DNA from: Alphaproteobacteria bacterium
GTDB lineage: Bacteria; Pseudomonadota; Alphaproteobacteria; Rhodobacterales; Rhodobacteraceae
Length of the DNA: 64,000 nt
Direction: 5' to 3'
Assembly (NCBI GenBank): GCA_003331935.1
Contig: QOQE01000009.1
Location: 3,503 to 67,502 of the forward strand
Made by a program: the position numbers and the translations under genes. Of the stretch, positions 19,779 through 29,590 are shown one piece after another (the first letter of the stretch is position 1; each line of letters begins with the position of its first letter). The notes beneath the pieces were generated by a model. That model did no database searches. It was not told where the DNA came from and saw nothing but the letters and a program-made list of their open reading frames with translations.

Positions 19779-19796
19779 GTGTTGTTAATACTAATT

Positions 19797-19828
19797 AAAA
19801 AGGCCCTTAAAAAAAGGGCCTTTTTTTT
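19797..19828 (+). terminator. Rho-independent terminator after the BMP-type ABC operon
   Basis: AAAAAGGCCCTT-aaaaa-AAGGGCCTTTTTTTT: a GC-core stem followed by a T8 tract. Confidence 0.85.
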
Positions 19829-19843
19829 GGAGATCTTTTGAAA

Positions 19844-21130
19844 ATGAAAATATTTAAGGGAAGAATTTTTTCGTTTTTAAGAAAACCAGAGGATATCAAT
19901 GATACTGGTTCTTATATCTATTTAGAAAAAGGCGCAGTAGTATGTGATAGTAATGGTGTGATAATTGAAATTAATGATTATTCGAAATTAAGCCAGAAAT
20001 ATAAGAATGCAGAAACTGAGGACTTTGGTTCAAAAATTATTTGTCCGGGCTTTATTGATTCCCACAACCACTTTCCTCAAACGCAAGTCATAGCATCATA
20101 TGGAACTAAACTACTAGAGTGGTTAAACAAATATACTTTCCCAAACGAAAGTTTGTTTGCTGATGATAAGCATTGTGAACGTGAGTCAAAAATGTTTCTT
20201 GATTTATTAAATAGTAACGGTGTCACAACATCCGTGTCATTTGGGTCAGTTCATACCAGCTCGGTAGAGTATTTATTTAGAGAAGCTCAAAAAAGAAACA
20301 TGTGTTTAATTGCTGGTAATGTTTTGATGGATAGAAATGCGCCAAACACAGTATTAGAAAAAGCTGATAAAAGCTATTCAAATAGCAAAGAAATAATAGG
20401 CCGATGGCATAATGTTAGCAGATGCAAATATGCTATAACACCCAGATTTGCGATTACTTCTACGCCCGAATTAATGGAAGTTGCTCAAAGTTTATATACT
20501 GAAAATAATTCATGTTATGTGCAGACGCATCTCTCTGAAAATATTGATGAAATTAAAGCAACACTGAAACTTTTTCCTGAGTGTAAAGATTACCTGTCTA
20601 TTTATGACAAATATAAGTTGCTCTCGAATAAGACCTTACTTGCGCATTCTATTCATTTAGAAAAAAATGAGACGGAACGAATGAAAGAAACCAACTCCAT
20701 AGCCGTTCACTGCCCAACATCAAACCTATTCCTCGGAAGTGGACTGTTTAGATATAAAGAATTAGAAGAAAAAGGAGTTAGAACTGCAGTGGCGACAGAT
20801 GTTGGAGGTGGTACATCCTTTTCTATGTTTAGAACGCTGGACGAAGCTTATAAGGTTCAGCAACTGGAGAACTATAGCCTCAACCCCCTCGCAACATACT
20901 TTTGGTCAACTTTGGGAAATGCTGAGTGCTTGGGGCTTCAGAATCAGATAGGATCAATAAAAATGGGAAACTATGCTGATTTAATAGTTTTAAACAGTAA
21001 AAGCACTTCTTTGATGAGACATAGAATGGAAAAATGTAAAACAATTGAGGAAGAACTTTTCATTCTTCAAACCCTCGGTGATGACAGAGCTATTGAAGCT
21101 GTATTTATTGCTGGGAAAAAAATGAAATAA
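19844..21130 (+). CDS. guaD: Guanine deaminase
   Basis: Track ORF 19838-21130. It has the amidohydrolase motifs PGFIDSHNHFPQTQ, HLSEN, HCPTSN and VATDVGGG typical of guanine deaminase. The start is either TTG 19838 or ATG 19844. Confidence 0.9.
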   Translation: MKIFKGRIFSFLRKPEDINDTGSYIYLEKGAVVCDSNGVIIEINDYSKLSQKYKNAETEDFGSKIICPGFIDSHNHFPQTQVIASYGTKLLEWLNKYTFPNESLFADDKHCERESKMFLDLLNSNGVTTSVSFGSVHTSSVEYLFREAQKRNMCLIAGNVLMDRNAPNTVLEKADKSYSNSKEIIGRWHNVSRCKYAITPRFAITSTPELMEVAQSLYTENNSCYVQTHLSENIDEIKATLKLFPECKDYLSIYDKYKLLSNKTLLAHSIHLEKNETERMKETNSIAVHCPTSNLFLGSGLFRYKELEEKGVRTAVATDVGGGTSFSMFRTLDEAYKVQQLENYSLNPLATYFWSTLGNAECLGLQNQIGSIKMGNYADLIVLNSKSTSLMRHRMEKCKTIEEELFILQTLGDDRAIEAVFIAGKKMK

Positions 21131-21132
21131 GT

Positions 21133-21615
21133 TCAATATAAGTTTTGGAGCCTTATTTCCGCTATTTTATGTATCTCATTTATGGCTGTATTGAACTCCA
21201 TTTCAACACTGTTTTTGAGCCTGTCTCTAATATTTCCGAAGACTTTTTCTTTGGTTAGGCCTGAAACAGCTATAATAAAAGGAAATTTGAATTTATTCAT
21301 ATATTCCTCATTTAAGCTGCGTAGTAGGTTATATTCGCTTTCAGAAAGATTATCTAGACCAGCTCGTTTTTGTTCTTGCTTTGAATAAGATGTTAGGTTC
21401 TTTGGTTGGCCTCTTTTTATGCCTAATTCTGGATGTTCTAAAATAAGCTTCATTTTGAGTTCTTTATCCATATTGTTCACATAATCTTTCATTAGTTTTA
21501 GTCTTTCCAGGGGTGATAAAGTATCCAAGCTGTGAAGCTCATATATTTCAATTGCTATGTGAGGTGAATTTTCATACAAACTTCCATAATGCCTAATGAA
21601 TTTTTCTCGCTCCAA
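21133..21615 (-). CDS. uraD: 2-oxo-4-hydroxy-4-carboxy-5-ureidoimidazoline (OHCU) decarboxylase
   Basis: 160 aa with LYENSPHIAIE, EHPELG and KFKFPFIIAV motifs typical of OHCU decarboxylase. Only a TTG start is available upstream of the conserved N-terminus. Confidence 0.8.
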   Translation of the reverse strand: MEREKFIRHYGSLYENSPHIAIEIYELHSLDTLSPLERLKLMKDYVNNMDKELKMKLILEHPELGIKRGQPKNLTSYSKQEQKRAGLDNLSESEYNLLRSLNEEYMNKFKFPFIIAVSGLTKEKVFGNIRDRLKNSVEMEFNTAINEIHKIAEIRLQNLY

Positions 21616-21693
21616 AATCTGCCTCGTTTCTTTAGTTGTTTTTTATCTCTTAATAGTTACCATGTTATTACATAAAAAAAAGAGCTTTTACCA

Positions 21694-22047
21694 ATGACAG
21701 GCCTTACTACACATGTTTTAGATTTGACTTTAGGGAAACCTGCATGTGAACTTGAAATTAGTTTTTATAAGACAGATTCAGATCGCAGAGACTTACTTTC
21801 CAAGTTTGTAACCAATTCGGATGGAAGGTTAGATAAACCTATATTCGATCAGTCTAATATTCGAGCTGGATGGTATGAAATGGTTTTCCATGCTGGAAAG
21901 TATTTGATCGCTAAACACAAAATGAGATCAGCTGAGTTGTTTTTTGATAACGTTTCAATATCCTTTCAAATTAACGAGCTAAAACAACATTACCATGTTC
22001 CTTTATTACTTTCTAAATTTGGTTACAGTACCTATCGAGGAAGTTAA
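21694..22047 (+). CDS. uraH: 5-hydroxyisourate hydrolase (transthyretin-like)
   Basis: 117 aa with N-terminal LTTHVLDLTLGKPA and the diagnostic C-terminal tetrapeptide YRGS. Confidence 0.9.
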   Translation: MTGLTTHVLDLTLGKPACELEISFYKTDSDRRDLLSKFVTNSDGRLDKPIFDQSNIRAGWYEMVFHAGKYLIAKHKMRSAELFFDNVSISFQINELKQHYHVPLLLSKFGYSTYRGS

Positions 22048-22049
22048 GT

Positions 22050-23285
22050 ATGAATTTTGATTACCTTGAATGGATAGAATTTATGGTTCGATGGTTCCAT
22101 GTAATTGCTGGGATTGCATGGATAGGATCCAGCTTTTATTTCATTGCCCTTGACTTAAGTCTGAGAAAATCACCTTCTTTACCTCAGGAGGCTCATGGAG
22201 AAGCTTGGCAAGTGCACGGAGGGGGCTTTTATAATCTAGTAAAATATCTTGTGGCTCCGAGCCACTTGCCTGATCACTTAACTTGGTTTAAGTGGGAGGC
22301 TTATGCTACGTGGATCACCGGTGCAGCTCTATCCATACTCGTTTATTATCTGGGCGCCGAACTATACCTTATAGACTATGAAAAAATAGAATTGTCTAAA
22401 ACTGCTGCTGTCCTGATATCAGTTGGCGGAGTAATATTTGGTTGGGTGATGTATGATCTAATCTGTAGATCACTCGTAGAGAAATCTAATTTAATATTAT
22501 CGTTCGTACTTTTAGTGTTTTTTGTATTTTTGTCTTGGGCATCCTACTCAATTCTTAGTCCGAGAGGAGCGTTTATGCAGATGGGAGTAACTCTTGGTAC
22601 AATAATGGTAGCAAATGTTCTGATGGTAATCATTCCAGGTCAGAAAAAAGTGGTCGCACAATTAATCGCAAAAAAGACACCCAGTCCGGAATATGGTATT
22701 CGGGCAAAGCAACGATCTCTTCACAACAACTATTTGACCCTCCCTGTAATATTCATAATGATTGGTAATCATTATCCTACTGCCTATGCTACCTCTTACT
22801 CTTGGGTGATAATTGTATTGACAATCATTATTGGAGGTCTTGTTAGACATTTTTTTAACGAAAGGCATGCTGGTAATAAAACCCCATATTGGGTTGCAGT
22901 TCCTATTATAATCCTATCATGGGGTTCTCTGATGCTGTCTGAAGTTGATAAACCAAGGTTGGATCAACTATCACCGGAAAAACTAAGCCGCATTGAGGGA
23001 TCATTTTCGCAAGAGTTTAAAGATAGTATAATGGAAGTAACGGCTTATAAATGTTCCACATGCCATCTTATGGAGCCATCTTGGGAAGGAATGAAAAATC
23101 CTCCTAAAGGCGTTTATTTTAGCGAATTTAGTCACTTGATTAATAATTATGAAACTATTTATAAGCAAGTGGCGGCATCAAAGGCAATGCCACCGGGCAA
23201 TATTACGTTTCTAGAAGAAGAAGAACGATTATTATATGCAAACCTTTTTTATAAGATTGAGGAAATATTAAGTGAAGAGAATTGA
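22050..23285 (+). CDS. puuD: Membrane urate hydroxylase PuuD (polytopic N-domain plus cytochrome c domain)
   Basis: 411 aa with VRWFHVIAGIAWIGSSFYFIALDL, typical of PuuD, several TM segments and a C-terminal CSTCH haem-c motif. Confidence 0.8.
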   Translation: MNFDYLEWIEFMVRWFHVIAGIAWIGSSFYFIALDLSLRKSPSLPQEAHGEAWQVHGGGFYNLVKYLVAPSHLPDHLTWFKWEAYATWITGAALSILVYYLGAELYLIDYEKIELSKTAAVLISVGGVIFGWVMYDLICRSLVEKSNLILSFVLLVFFVFLSWASYSILSPRGAFMQMGVTLGTIMVANVLMVIIPGQKKVVAQLIAKKTPSPEYGIRAKQRSLHNNYLTLPVIFIMIGNHYPTAYATSYSWVIIVLTIIIGGLVRHFFNERHAGNKTPYWVAVPIIILSWGSLMLSEVDKPRLDQLSPEKLSRIEGSFSQEFKDSIMEVTAYKCSTCHLMEPSWEGMKNPPKGVYFSEFSHLINNYETIYKQVAASKAMPPGNITFLEEEERLLYANLFYKIEEILSEEN

Positions 23286-24199
23286 TCGTGGTGGAAAGAA
23301 AACTTAGAGATTTAGAAGGTTATCATGGTAATCTTCCCAATTTTAGCTGGCCAGGGGGTCGACGATTAGCGATCCAATTCGTTTTGAATTTAGAAGAAGG
23401 TGGTGAAAATTCCGTCATTTATGGAGATAAGCATTCTGAAACTTTCCTTTCAGAGATAATCGGTGCTGAGCCATTTTTTGGCCAAAGACACATGTCGATG
23501 GAAAGTTTGTATGAGTACGGTACCCGAGCTGGTGCATGGCGAATTTTAAAGCTATTTCGAGAAAGACAAATCCCGATAACAATTTTTGCAGTAGCACAGG
23601 CTTTGGAAGCAAATCCAAAAATTGCAGATCAAATTTTAAAAGATAATCATGAGATTTGTTCTCATGGACTTAGGTGGATAAATTACAAAGATGTGCCCAA
23701 GGCTATTGAAAAAGAGCATATGCAAAAAGCAATAGAGATACAAAAAAAAATTTGTGGGGAAAGACCTATGGGTTGGTACACTGGTCGTACCTCGGAGAAT
23801 ACAAGGGATCTGGTTTGTGAAGAAGGAGGCTTTCTTTATGACTCAGATGATTATAGTGATGACCTGCCATTTTGGTCTCAATTGACTCAAAAACCGCATT
23901 TAATTATACCATATACCCTTGATACAAATGACATGAGGTTTCTGACACCTCAAGGGTTTCATAATGGCGAGCATTTTTTCAATTATTTGAAGGATAGTTT
24001 TGACTGCCTGTATGAGGAAAGATATGAGGGTTCGAAGATTATGAACATTGGACTTCATTGCCGTATAATTGGAAAACCAGGGAGATTTTTGTCGCTTAAA
24101 AAGTTTGTTGATTATGCCCAGTCGTTTAGTGATGTCTGGTTTACAACTAGAATAGAAATTGCAAGACATTGGAGAAAGGTGTTACCACATGAAAAATGA
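23282..24199 (+). CDS. puuE: Allantoinase PuuE (polysaccharide-deacetylase fold, metal independent)
   Basis: 305 aa with YEYGTRAGAWRILKLF, ICSHGLRW and PYTLDTNDMRF, consistent with PuuE-type allantoinase. The start overlaps the puuD stop by 4 nt. Confidence 0.8.
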   Translation: MIVVERKLRDLEGYHGNLPNFSWPGGRRLAIQFVLNLEEGGENSVIYGDKHSETFLSEIIGAEPFFGQRHMSMESLYEYGTRAGAWRILKLFRERQIPITIFAVAQALEANPKIADQILKDNHEICSHGLRWINYKDVPKAIEKEHMQKAIEIQKKICGERPMGWYTGRTSENTRDLVCEEGGFLYDSDDYSDDLPFWSQLTQKPHLIIPYTLDTNDMRFLTPQGFHNGEHFFNYLKDSFDCLYEERYEGSKIMNIGLHCRIIGKPGRFLSLKKFVDYAQSFSDVWFTTRIEIARHWRKVLPHEK

Positions 24200-25184
24200 A
24201 GACAAATTAATAATGTCAAAAAAGGTCAATCTGGCATCTCCAAAAGCAGGAGCTGAAATCACTGATGTGTCTGATGATTTTTTTGCAAAATGTGATCGAA
24301 TGTTAAGTGATAAGGATCCTATTTTCATAGACGAGAAATATGATGATCATGGTAAGTGGATGGATGGCTGGGAAAGCAGAAGAAAAAGGGTAGAGGGCAA
24401 CGACTGGGCCGTAATTGGTTTAGGGGGTAAGTGTTCTATTGAAGACGCTATAATTGACACTAGTCACTTCACAGGGAACTATCCACCAGCCGCTTCACTC
24501 GATTTTTCATGTAAACATAGTTATGAACAAGGATCTATGGACTGGCAAACATTACTAGAAAAACAGGTATTAAAAGGTGACCACGTAAATGAATTCAAGC
24601 TAGCAAAAAATGAAAATGTGTCATTTGTTAGACTAAATATCTATCCTGATGGAGGGGTAGCTAGACTTAGACTTTTTGGAGATCTTATCCCCTTCTCTCA
24701 AGATCTATCTAAGGACATTGAATTATCTGCATTAAAAAACGGAGGTAAGATAATAGGATATAATAACGCTCATTATGGAAACGTAAACGCTCTGCTGTCT
24801 GAAGGTAGAGGAGCAACTATGGGTGATGGATGGGAGACACGACGTAGACGTGTTCCAGGACACGATTTCATTATTATTGAGTTGGGAAAATCTGGATTTA
24901 TTTCGAATGTAGAAATAGATACCTGTCACTTTAAAGGCAATTTTCCTGATAGAACTTCAATCCAAACAATTGACTTAAAAAATGAAAAAGACAAATTGAA
25001 AGCATTTGAGTCTTCTGATAAGTGGGAATTTTTGCTAGGTGAGAAAAAGTGTAAAGCAGATTATATTCATAGCTTTGGAAAGGGTGACTTATTGCATGAA
25101 AAAACAGTCTCTCATGTAAGATTAAACATATACCCTGATGGAGGTGTGTCGAGACTACGAATTTTTGGTCAACCCGTAATTTAA
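24189..25184 (+). CDS. alc: Allantoicase (allantoate amidinohydrolase)
   Basis: Track ORF 24159-25184. It has two allantoicase repeats (DGWESRRKR...RLNIYPDGGVARLRLFG and DGWETRRRR...RLNIYPDGGVSRLRIFG). ATG 24189 overlaps the puuE stop. ATG 24213 is also possible. Confidence 0.9.
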   Translation: MKNEDKLIMSKKVNLASPKAGAEITDVSDDFFAKCDRMLSDKDPIFIDEKYDDHGKWMDGWESRRKRVEGNDWAVIGLGGKCSIEDAIIDTSHFTGNYPPAASLDFSCKHSYEQGSMDWQTLLEKQVLKGDHVNEFKLAKNENVSFVRLNIYPDGGVARLRLFGDLIPFSQDLSKDIELSALKNGGKIIGYNNAHYGNVNALLSEGRGATMGDGWETRRRRVPGHDFIIIELGKSGFISNVEIDTCHFKGNFPDRTSIQTIDLKNEKDKLKAFESSDKWEFLLGEKKCKADYIHSFGKGDLLHEKTVSHVRLNIYPDGGVSRLRIFGQPVI

Positions 25185-25185
25185 A

Positions 25186-25701
25186 ATGAATTTAAATTTA
25201 GAAAAGCTGTCCATAAGCCAAAAATTATTCAAGCCTTATGGAGACATAATTTCAAAAGGGATGGAGAATAATAAATATATTATAAATCAAGGATATTGTG
25301 AAAGGTTTGATGAGGTGGCACCGGTAAATTTACTAGATAAGAAAGCTAAACCCATAATCTCAATATTTTCTGCTATTCCAAGAAAAAGACCAATAAAAAT
25401 CGATTATCTGGAGATGCATCCTCTTTCTTCTCAAGCTTTCATGCCAATTCAAAAAATTGATTGGTTAGTAGTTGTGGCAAACGATAATCATGGTTCTCCA
25501 GATCTTTCGTCATTGAAATGTTTCAGTGTACCAGGAGATGTTGGTATAAGTTATAATCCGAACGTTTGGCACTTTCCACTTCTTGTTAAAAAAGCTCAAG
25601 ATTTTTTGGTTATTGATAGATCATCAGCTTCAGATAAAAACAATGAAAATTTAAGGGAACTGTTCTTTCAAAAAAATGATAAGAGCATTTACATAGATTG
25701 A
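25186..25701 (+). CDS. allA: Ureidoglycolate lyase (AllA family)
   Basis: 171 aa, the size of AllA-family proteins, with MHPLSSQAFMP and NVWHFPL motifs. 1-nt gap after alc. Confidence 0.8.
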   Translation: MNLNLEKLSISQKLFKPYGDIISKGMENNKYIINQGYCERFDEVAPVNLLDKKAKPIISIFSAIPRKRPIKIDYLEMHPLSSQAFMPIQKIDWLVVVANDNHGSPDLSSLKCFSVPGDVGISYNPNVWHFPLLVKKAQDFLVIDRSSASDKNNENLRELFFQKNDKSIYID

Positions 25702-28016
25702 TCGTTGTAAATTGCCGCTAGAATTTTTGATGGTGTAGCGGGGGCGTTTAATAAATCTGCGTTTGATTTTTTGCTAGCCATTGAGACAGCATTTTTGAGT
25801 GCCAAGAAGTGAGAAATGGCTAGCAACAACGGCGGTTCACCAACAGCTTTTGATCTAAATATTGTCTTCTCTTCATTAGGGGCGTTCTCCAATAATTTTA
25901 TATTAAATTCGGGAGGTACGTCACGACTACCGGGTATTTTATATGTTGAAGGGCCAAGAGTTAATAACTTGCCCTCTGGATTAAAATAAAGTTCTTCACA
26001 TGTTAACCATCCTATACCCTGGACGAAACCCCCTTCTATTTGACCCTTGTCAATTAATGGGTTGAGGGAGCTCCCACAATCTTGAATAATGTCCGCTCTG
26101 AGTATTCGGCTTTCTCCAGTATCAATATCTATAACTGCTTCTGAAATCGCGGCGCCCCACGTGAAATAAAAATACGGACTTCCCTTAAACTTTTCCTGAT
26201 CCCAAGAGATTTTAGGTGTTTTGTAAAAGCCTGTTGACGAGAGAGATACTCGGCTTTCCCAACAGGAAAAAGCGAGTTCCTTAAAAGTCATACTCTTGTT
26301 TCCACTCAAAATAAGACCATTCCTAAACTCAATAGAGGATGATGGCTTTTGAAATATTTTGCTTGCTTGTTTAAGCATTCTTTTTTTAATTACACTAGCG
26401 GCTTTCCATGCAGCCATTCCGTTAATATCTGATCCAGAAGATGCAGCAGTTGCTGAGGTATTCGGAACTTCATCTGTACTTGTTCCAGAAATATGCACAT
26501 AATTGATAGGGATATTGAAGCATTCAGAGACAACCTGAGCAACCTTAGTAAATAGCCCTTGACCCATCTCCGTTCCACCATGATTCAGTCTAACCGAACC
26601 GTCTGTATATACATGCACTAAAGCACCAGCTTGATTTAACGATACTTTATTAAAAGATATGCCAAACTTTGCAGGCATGAAGGCAATGCCCTTTCTGTAG
26701 GGCTTTTTTTCATTAATTTGTAACTTATTAAATTTTTCAACCTCTAGTTTTCTTTTTGTTAAACCCGCAAAGTTCTCCATTTCAGCTATTATCTTTTCAA
26801 TTTTTATATTTTTAACTATTTGCCCATAGGGTGTTTTTATACCGTTTTTGTGGGAATAATAATTCTCATGCCTAAGTGCATCTAGATCAATCCCGAGAAA
26901 TCGAGAGACCCTTTCAAGGATATTCTCAATGGCAAGCATTCCCTGTGGGCCACCAAAGCCTCTAAACGCTGTGTTTGAGACAGTATTCGTTTTACATATA
27001 TAGCCTCGCGCGGTGAAGTTTTTAAAAGAGTAACAATTATCTAAATGGGTCAATGCTCTTGACATTACAGGGGCTGATAGGTCACAGACATTACCCGCAT
27101 TGCTAAGTAATGTGATATCTAAACCTTTTATTTTTCCTCTTTTGTCAAAACCTACAGCATACTTAACTTCAAAGTCATGTCGTTTCCCAGATGATGCCAT
27201 ATCATCTTTGCGATTTAGCCGGAGCTTTACCGGTTTTTCTAAAATATAGGCTCCTAGAGCTGCTATTGCCGCATATATTGTTGATTGACTTTCTTTGCCT
27301 CCAAAGCCACCACCAAGCCTTCGCACCTTACTAGAAATCTTTGCCGCTGGTATATTTAACACGTTAGATACACCATGTTGAACTTCAGTAGGGTGTTGGG
27401 TGCTTGACCAAATCGTGAACTCAGAATTCTCATGTGGAATAGCGAGAGCTACATGAGTCTCCAAATAGAAGTGATCCTGCCCACCTATGGAAAATGAACC
27501 TTCTAGTTGGTAGGATGATTTTTTTATGTGTTCTCGTGCATTTCCTCGCTCAAAATGAATTGGCTTTAAAAAGAAGCTTTTTTTCTTAAATGCAATTTCG
27601 AGATCTAATATTGGATCTTTATCTTGTTTATAGACAATTTCTACTTCTTTAACAGCTGCTCTTGCTCTCTCCATTGACGAGCCAACAATAAGGCCGATGG
27701 GTTGACCAACGTAGGTCACTTTTTTCTCGGCAAATATAGGCTCATCTTCAAAAATAGGAGCTATATCATTCTTACCTGGTATATCTTTTGCCGTAATGAT
27801 TTTTATACTTGGGTCGAGCTCTTTTGCTTTTTTTGTGTTTATTGACACAATTTTCCCAGATGGGATAGCCGAAAGGATAAGTGCTCCATGAAGTGCATTC
27901 TCTGTTAATGGCATATCATCTATATATTCTGCCTTTCCCGTAAGCTGTCTAAAAGAGGAGTCTTGGTAGTGGGATTTTCCAACAGAGATATTATGTTCGT
28001 TATCTAAGGCCATCAA
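25689..28016 (-). CDS. xdhB: Xanthine dehydrogenase molybdopterin-binding large subunit
   Basis: 775 aa with RRLGGGFGGKE, FRGFGGPQG and GTEMGQGL motifs of the xanthine oxidase family. The start overlaps the xdhA stop by 4 nt. Confidence 0.9.
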   Translation of the reverse strand: MMALDNEHNISVGKSHYQDSSFRQLTGKAEYIDDMPLTENALHGALILSAIPSGKIVSINTKKAKELDPSIKIITAKDIPGKNDIAPIFEDEPIFAEKKVTYVGQPIGLIVGSSMERARAAVKEVEIVYKQDKDPILDLEIAFKKKSFFLKPIHFERGNAREHIKKSSYQLEGSFSIGGQDHFYLETHVALAIPHENSEFTIWSSTQHPTEVQHGVSNVLNIPAAKISSKVRRLGGGFGGKESQSTIYAAIAALGAYILEKPVKLRLNRKDDMASSGKRHDFEVKYAVGFDKRGKIKGLDITLLSNAGNVCDLSAPVMSRALTHLDNCYSFKNFTARGYICKTNTVSNTAFRGFGGPQGMLAIENILERVSRFLGIDLDALRHENYYSHKNGIKTPYGQIVKNIKIEKIIAEMENFAGLTKRKLEVEKFNKLQINEKKPYRKGIAFMPAKFGISFNKVSLNQAGALVHVYTDGSVRLNHGGTEMGQGLFTKVAQVVSECFNIPINYVHISGTSTDEVPNTSATAASSGSDINGMAAWKAASVIKKRMLKQASKIFQKPSSSIEFRNGLILSGNKSMTFKELAFSCWESRVSLSSTGFYKTPKISWDQEKFKGSPYFYFTWGAAISEAVIDIDTGESRILRADIIQDCGSSLNPLIDKGQIEGGFVQGIGWLTCEELYFNPEGKLLTLGPSTYKIPGSRDVPPEFNIKLLENAPNEEKTIFRSKAVGEPPLLLAISHFLALKNAVSMASKKSNADLLNAPATPSKILAAIYNDQSM

Positions 28017-29431
28017 ATACTCATTATTGAATGTTGTTCCTCACCACTAACGAGTGATCTCTGCATCTTTTTGATCAACCCAACCATAGCAGTTGATCGA
28101 TATCTTGCTGTACCTCTAAGATCACTTATTGGAGAAATATCATGACTTATTGCAGTTTGCAGTGCGCTTTGGCTGAAGGTCAGATTTGTTTTCTTTAATA
28201 GTCTAGCAGTCTGGTGCAATATTAAAGGTGTGGGACCCACGCCCCCTGCAGATAGAATAATCTTCTCTAAACTCTGGTTTTTATCCAAAGTTACCCTTGC
28301 TGCCAGGGATAAAGTTGAAATGTCTTGATCATACCTCTTTGACAGCTTCCAAGAGAAAAGTGTGTCTTTCTTTCCTTTTTTTGGAAGCACAACTTTAAAA
28401 ATAAGCTCATTATTTTTCAAAGAGTTCTTTCTGTAGTCTTTAAAAAAGTCTTTAATCGGAATAGTTCTCTCTCCCATTGGACCTAGCAAAGACAATTTTG
28501 CTCCTAAAACAAAAAATAGTGGCGCTAGATCGCCAATAGGGCTCGTCGTTCCAAGGTTTCCTCCAACTGTTGCCGCTGTTCTGATTTGTGGCGACCCGAA
28601 TCTGATCACTGTATCTACAAATGAGGGAAAAAACGCGTGACATAACTCTTCGAATTTAGACAGTGTAACACATGCTCCAATTTCGAAAGACGAAGTGCTA
28701 ACTTTAACTCTAGACATTTCCTTTACATTTTTCAGAAAAAGTATTTTCTGTTCTTTAAAATCAGCATCTTCTGCCTCTAGGTTCCAGTCTGTGCCACCCG
28801 ATAAAACAGTGTAATTTTTTTCTTTTGATATAAACTCAACCAGTTCTTTTTTGGATTTGGGATAGATGTAGGTGGTCTTCCCAAATACAGCTGACTTCAG
28901 GGTGGGGTCTTTTCTAATTTTGGGATTCGGAAACTTTATTTTTTGTTCTAGAGATTGGATACCTTCCACAATTGGCCTATACCCCGTACAACGACATAAA
29001 TTTCCAGACAGAGAGTCATGGATAGTCTTTTCAGAAGGGTTTTTATGCTTTCCTTTTAGCGCAACAGCTGCCATTACGAAGCCAGGTGTGCAAAACCCAC
29101 ATTGGGATGCTGCCTTAGAATTTAATGCTTCAATCAAAGGTTTAATGGAAGTTAATTTGCTGGCACCTTCAATCGTCACTATATTCTTGTCTAAAATTTG
29201 ACCTACTTTTAAAATACAAGAATTTACAGGTGCTAATCCCCCGTCTTCCTCAAGAATTATGACGGAACAAGCACCGCAGTCGCCCTCAGAACACCCCTCT
29301 TTTGTCCCAGTTAATTTATGGTTATGTCTCAAAAAGTTAAGCAAACTCATATTGCTGTCTATATTACGCGCGTAAACTTTCTCAAAATTTACGTAGAAGC
29401 TAGGCCCCGATAGTTTGTTTTCTTTTTCCAT
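28013..29431 (-). CDS. xdhA: Xanthine dehydrogenase small subunit (2x [2Fe-2S] plus FAD domain)
   Basis: 472 aa with CSEGDCGACSV and CGFCTPGF...CRCTGY cluster motifs, followed by an FAD-binding CO-dehydrogenase-type domain (VLSGGTDWNLE). Confidence 0.9.
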   Translation of the reverse strand: MEKENKLSGPSFYVNFEKVYARNIDSNMSLLNFLRHNHKLTGTKEGCSEGDCGACSVIILEEDGGLAPVNSCILKVGQILDKNIVTIEGASKLTSIKPLIEALNSKAASQCGFCTPGFVMAAVALKGKHKNPSEKTIHDSLSGNLCRCTGYRPIVEGIQSLEQKIKFPNPKIRKDPTLKSAVFGKTTYIYPKSKKELVEFISKEKNYTVLSGGTDWNLEAEDADFKEQKILFLKNVKEMSRVKVSTSSFEIGACVTLSKFEELCHAFFPSFVDTVIRFGSPQIRTAATVGGNLGTTSPIGDLAPLFFVLGAKLSLLGPMGERTIPIKDFFKDYRKNSLKNNELIFKVVLPKKGKKDTLFSWKLSKRYDQDISTLSLAARVTLDKNQSLEKIILSAGGVGPTPLILHQTARLLKKTNLTFSQSALQTAISHDISPISDLRGTARYRSTAMVGLIKKMQRSLVSGEEQHSIMSI

Positions 29432-29590
29432 TTTTTATTTTCTGGCTCAACTCGATAGCTTGATTATACATTATTGTGAAATATAAAATATCGTAATTTT
29501 TTCAAATCAAAATTTGTATTAATTAAAAGATCGACTTATTGTAAAATAACAACAAGTCACTTATTTTGTATTCTGTGGGGTCAAGTAGAA

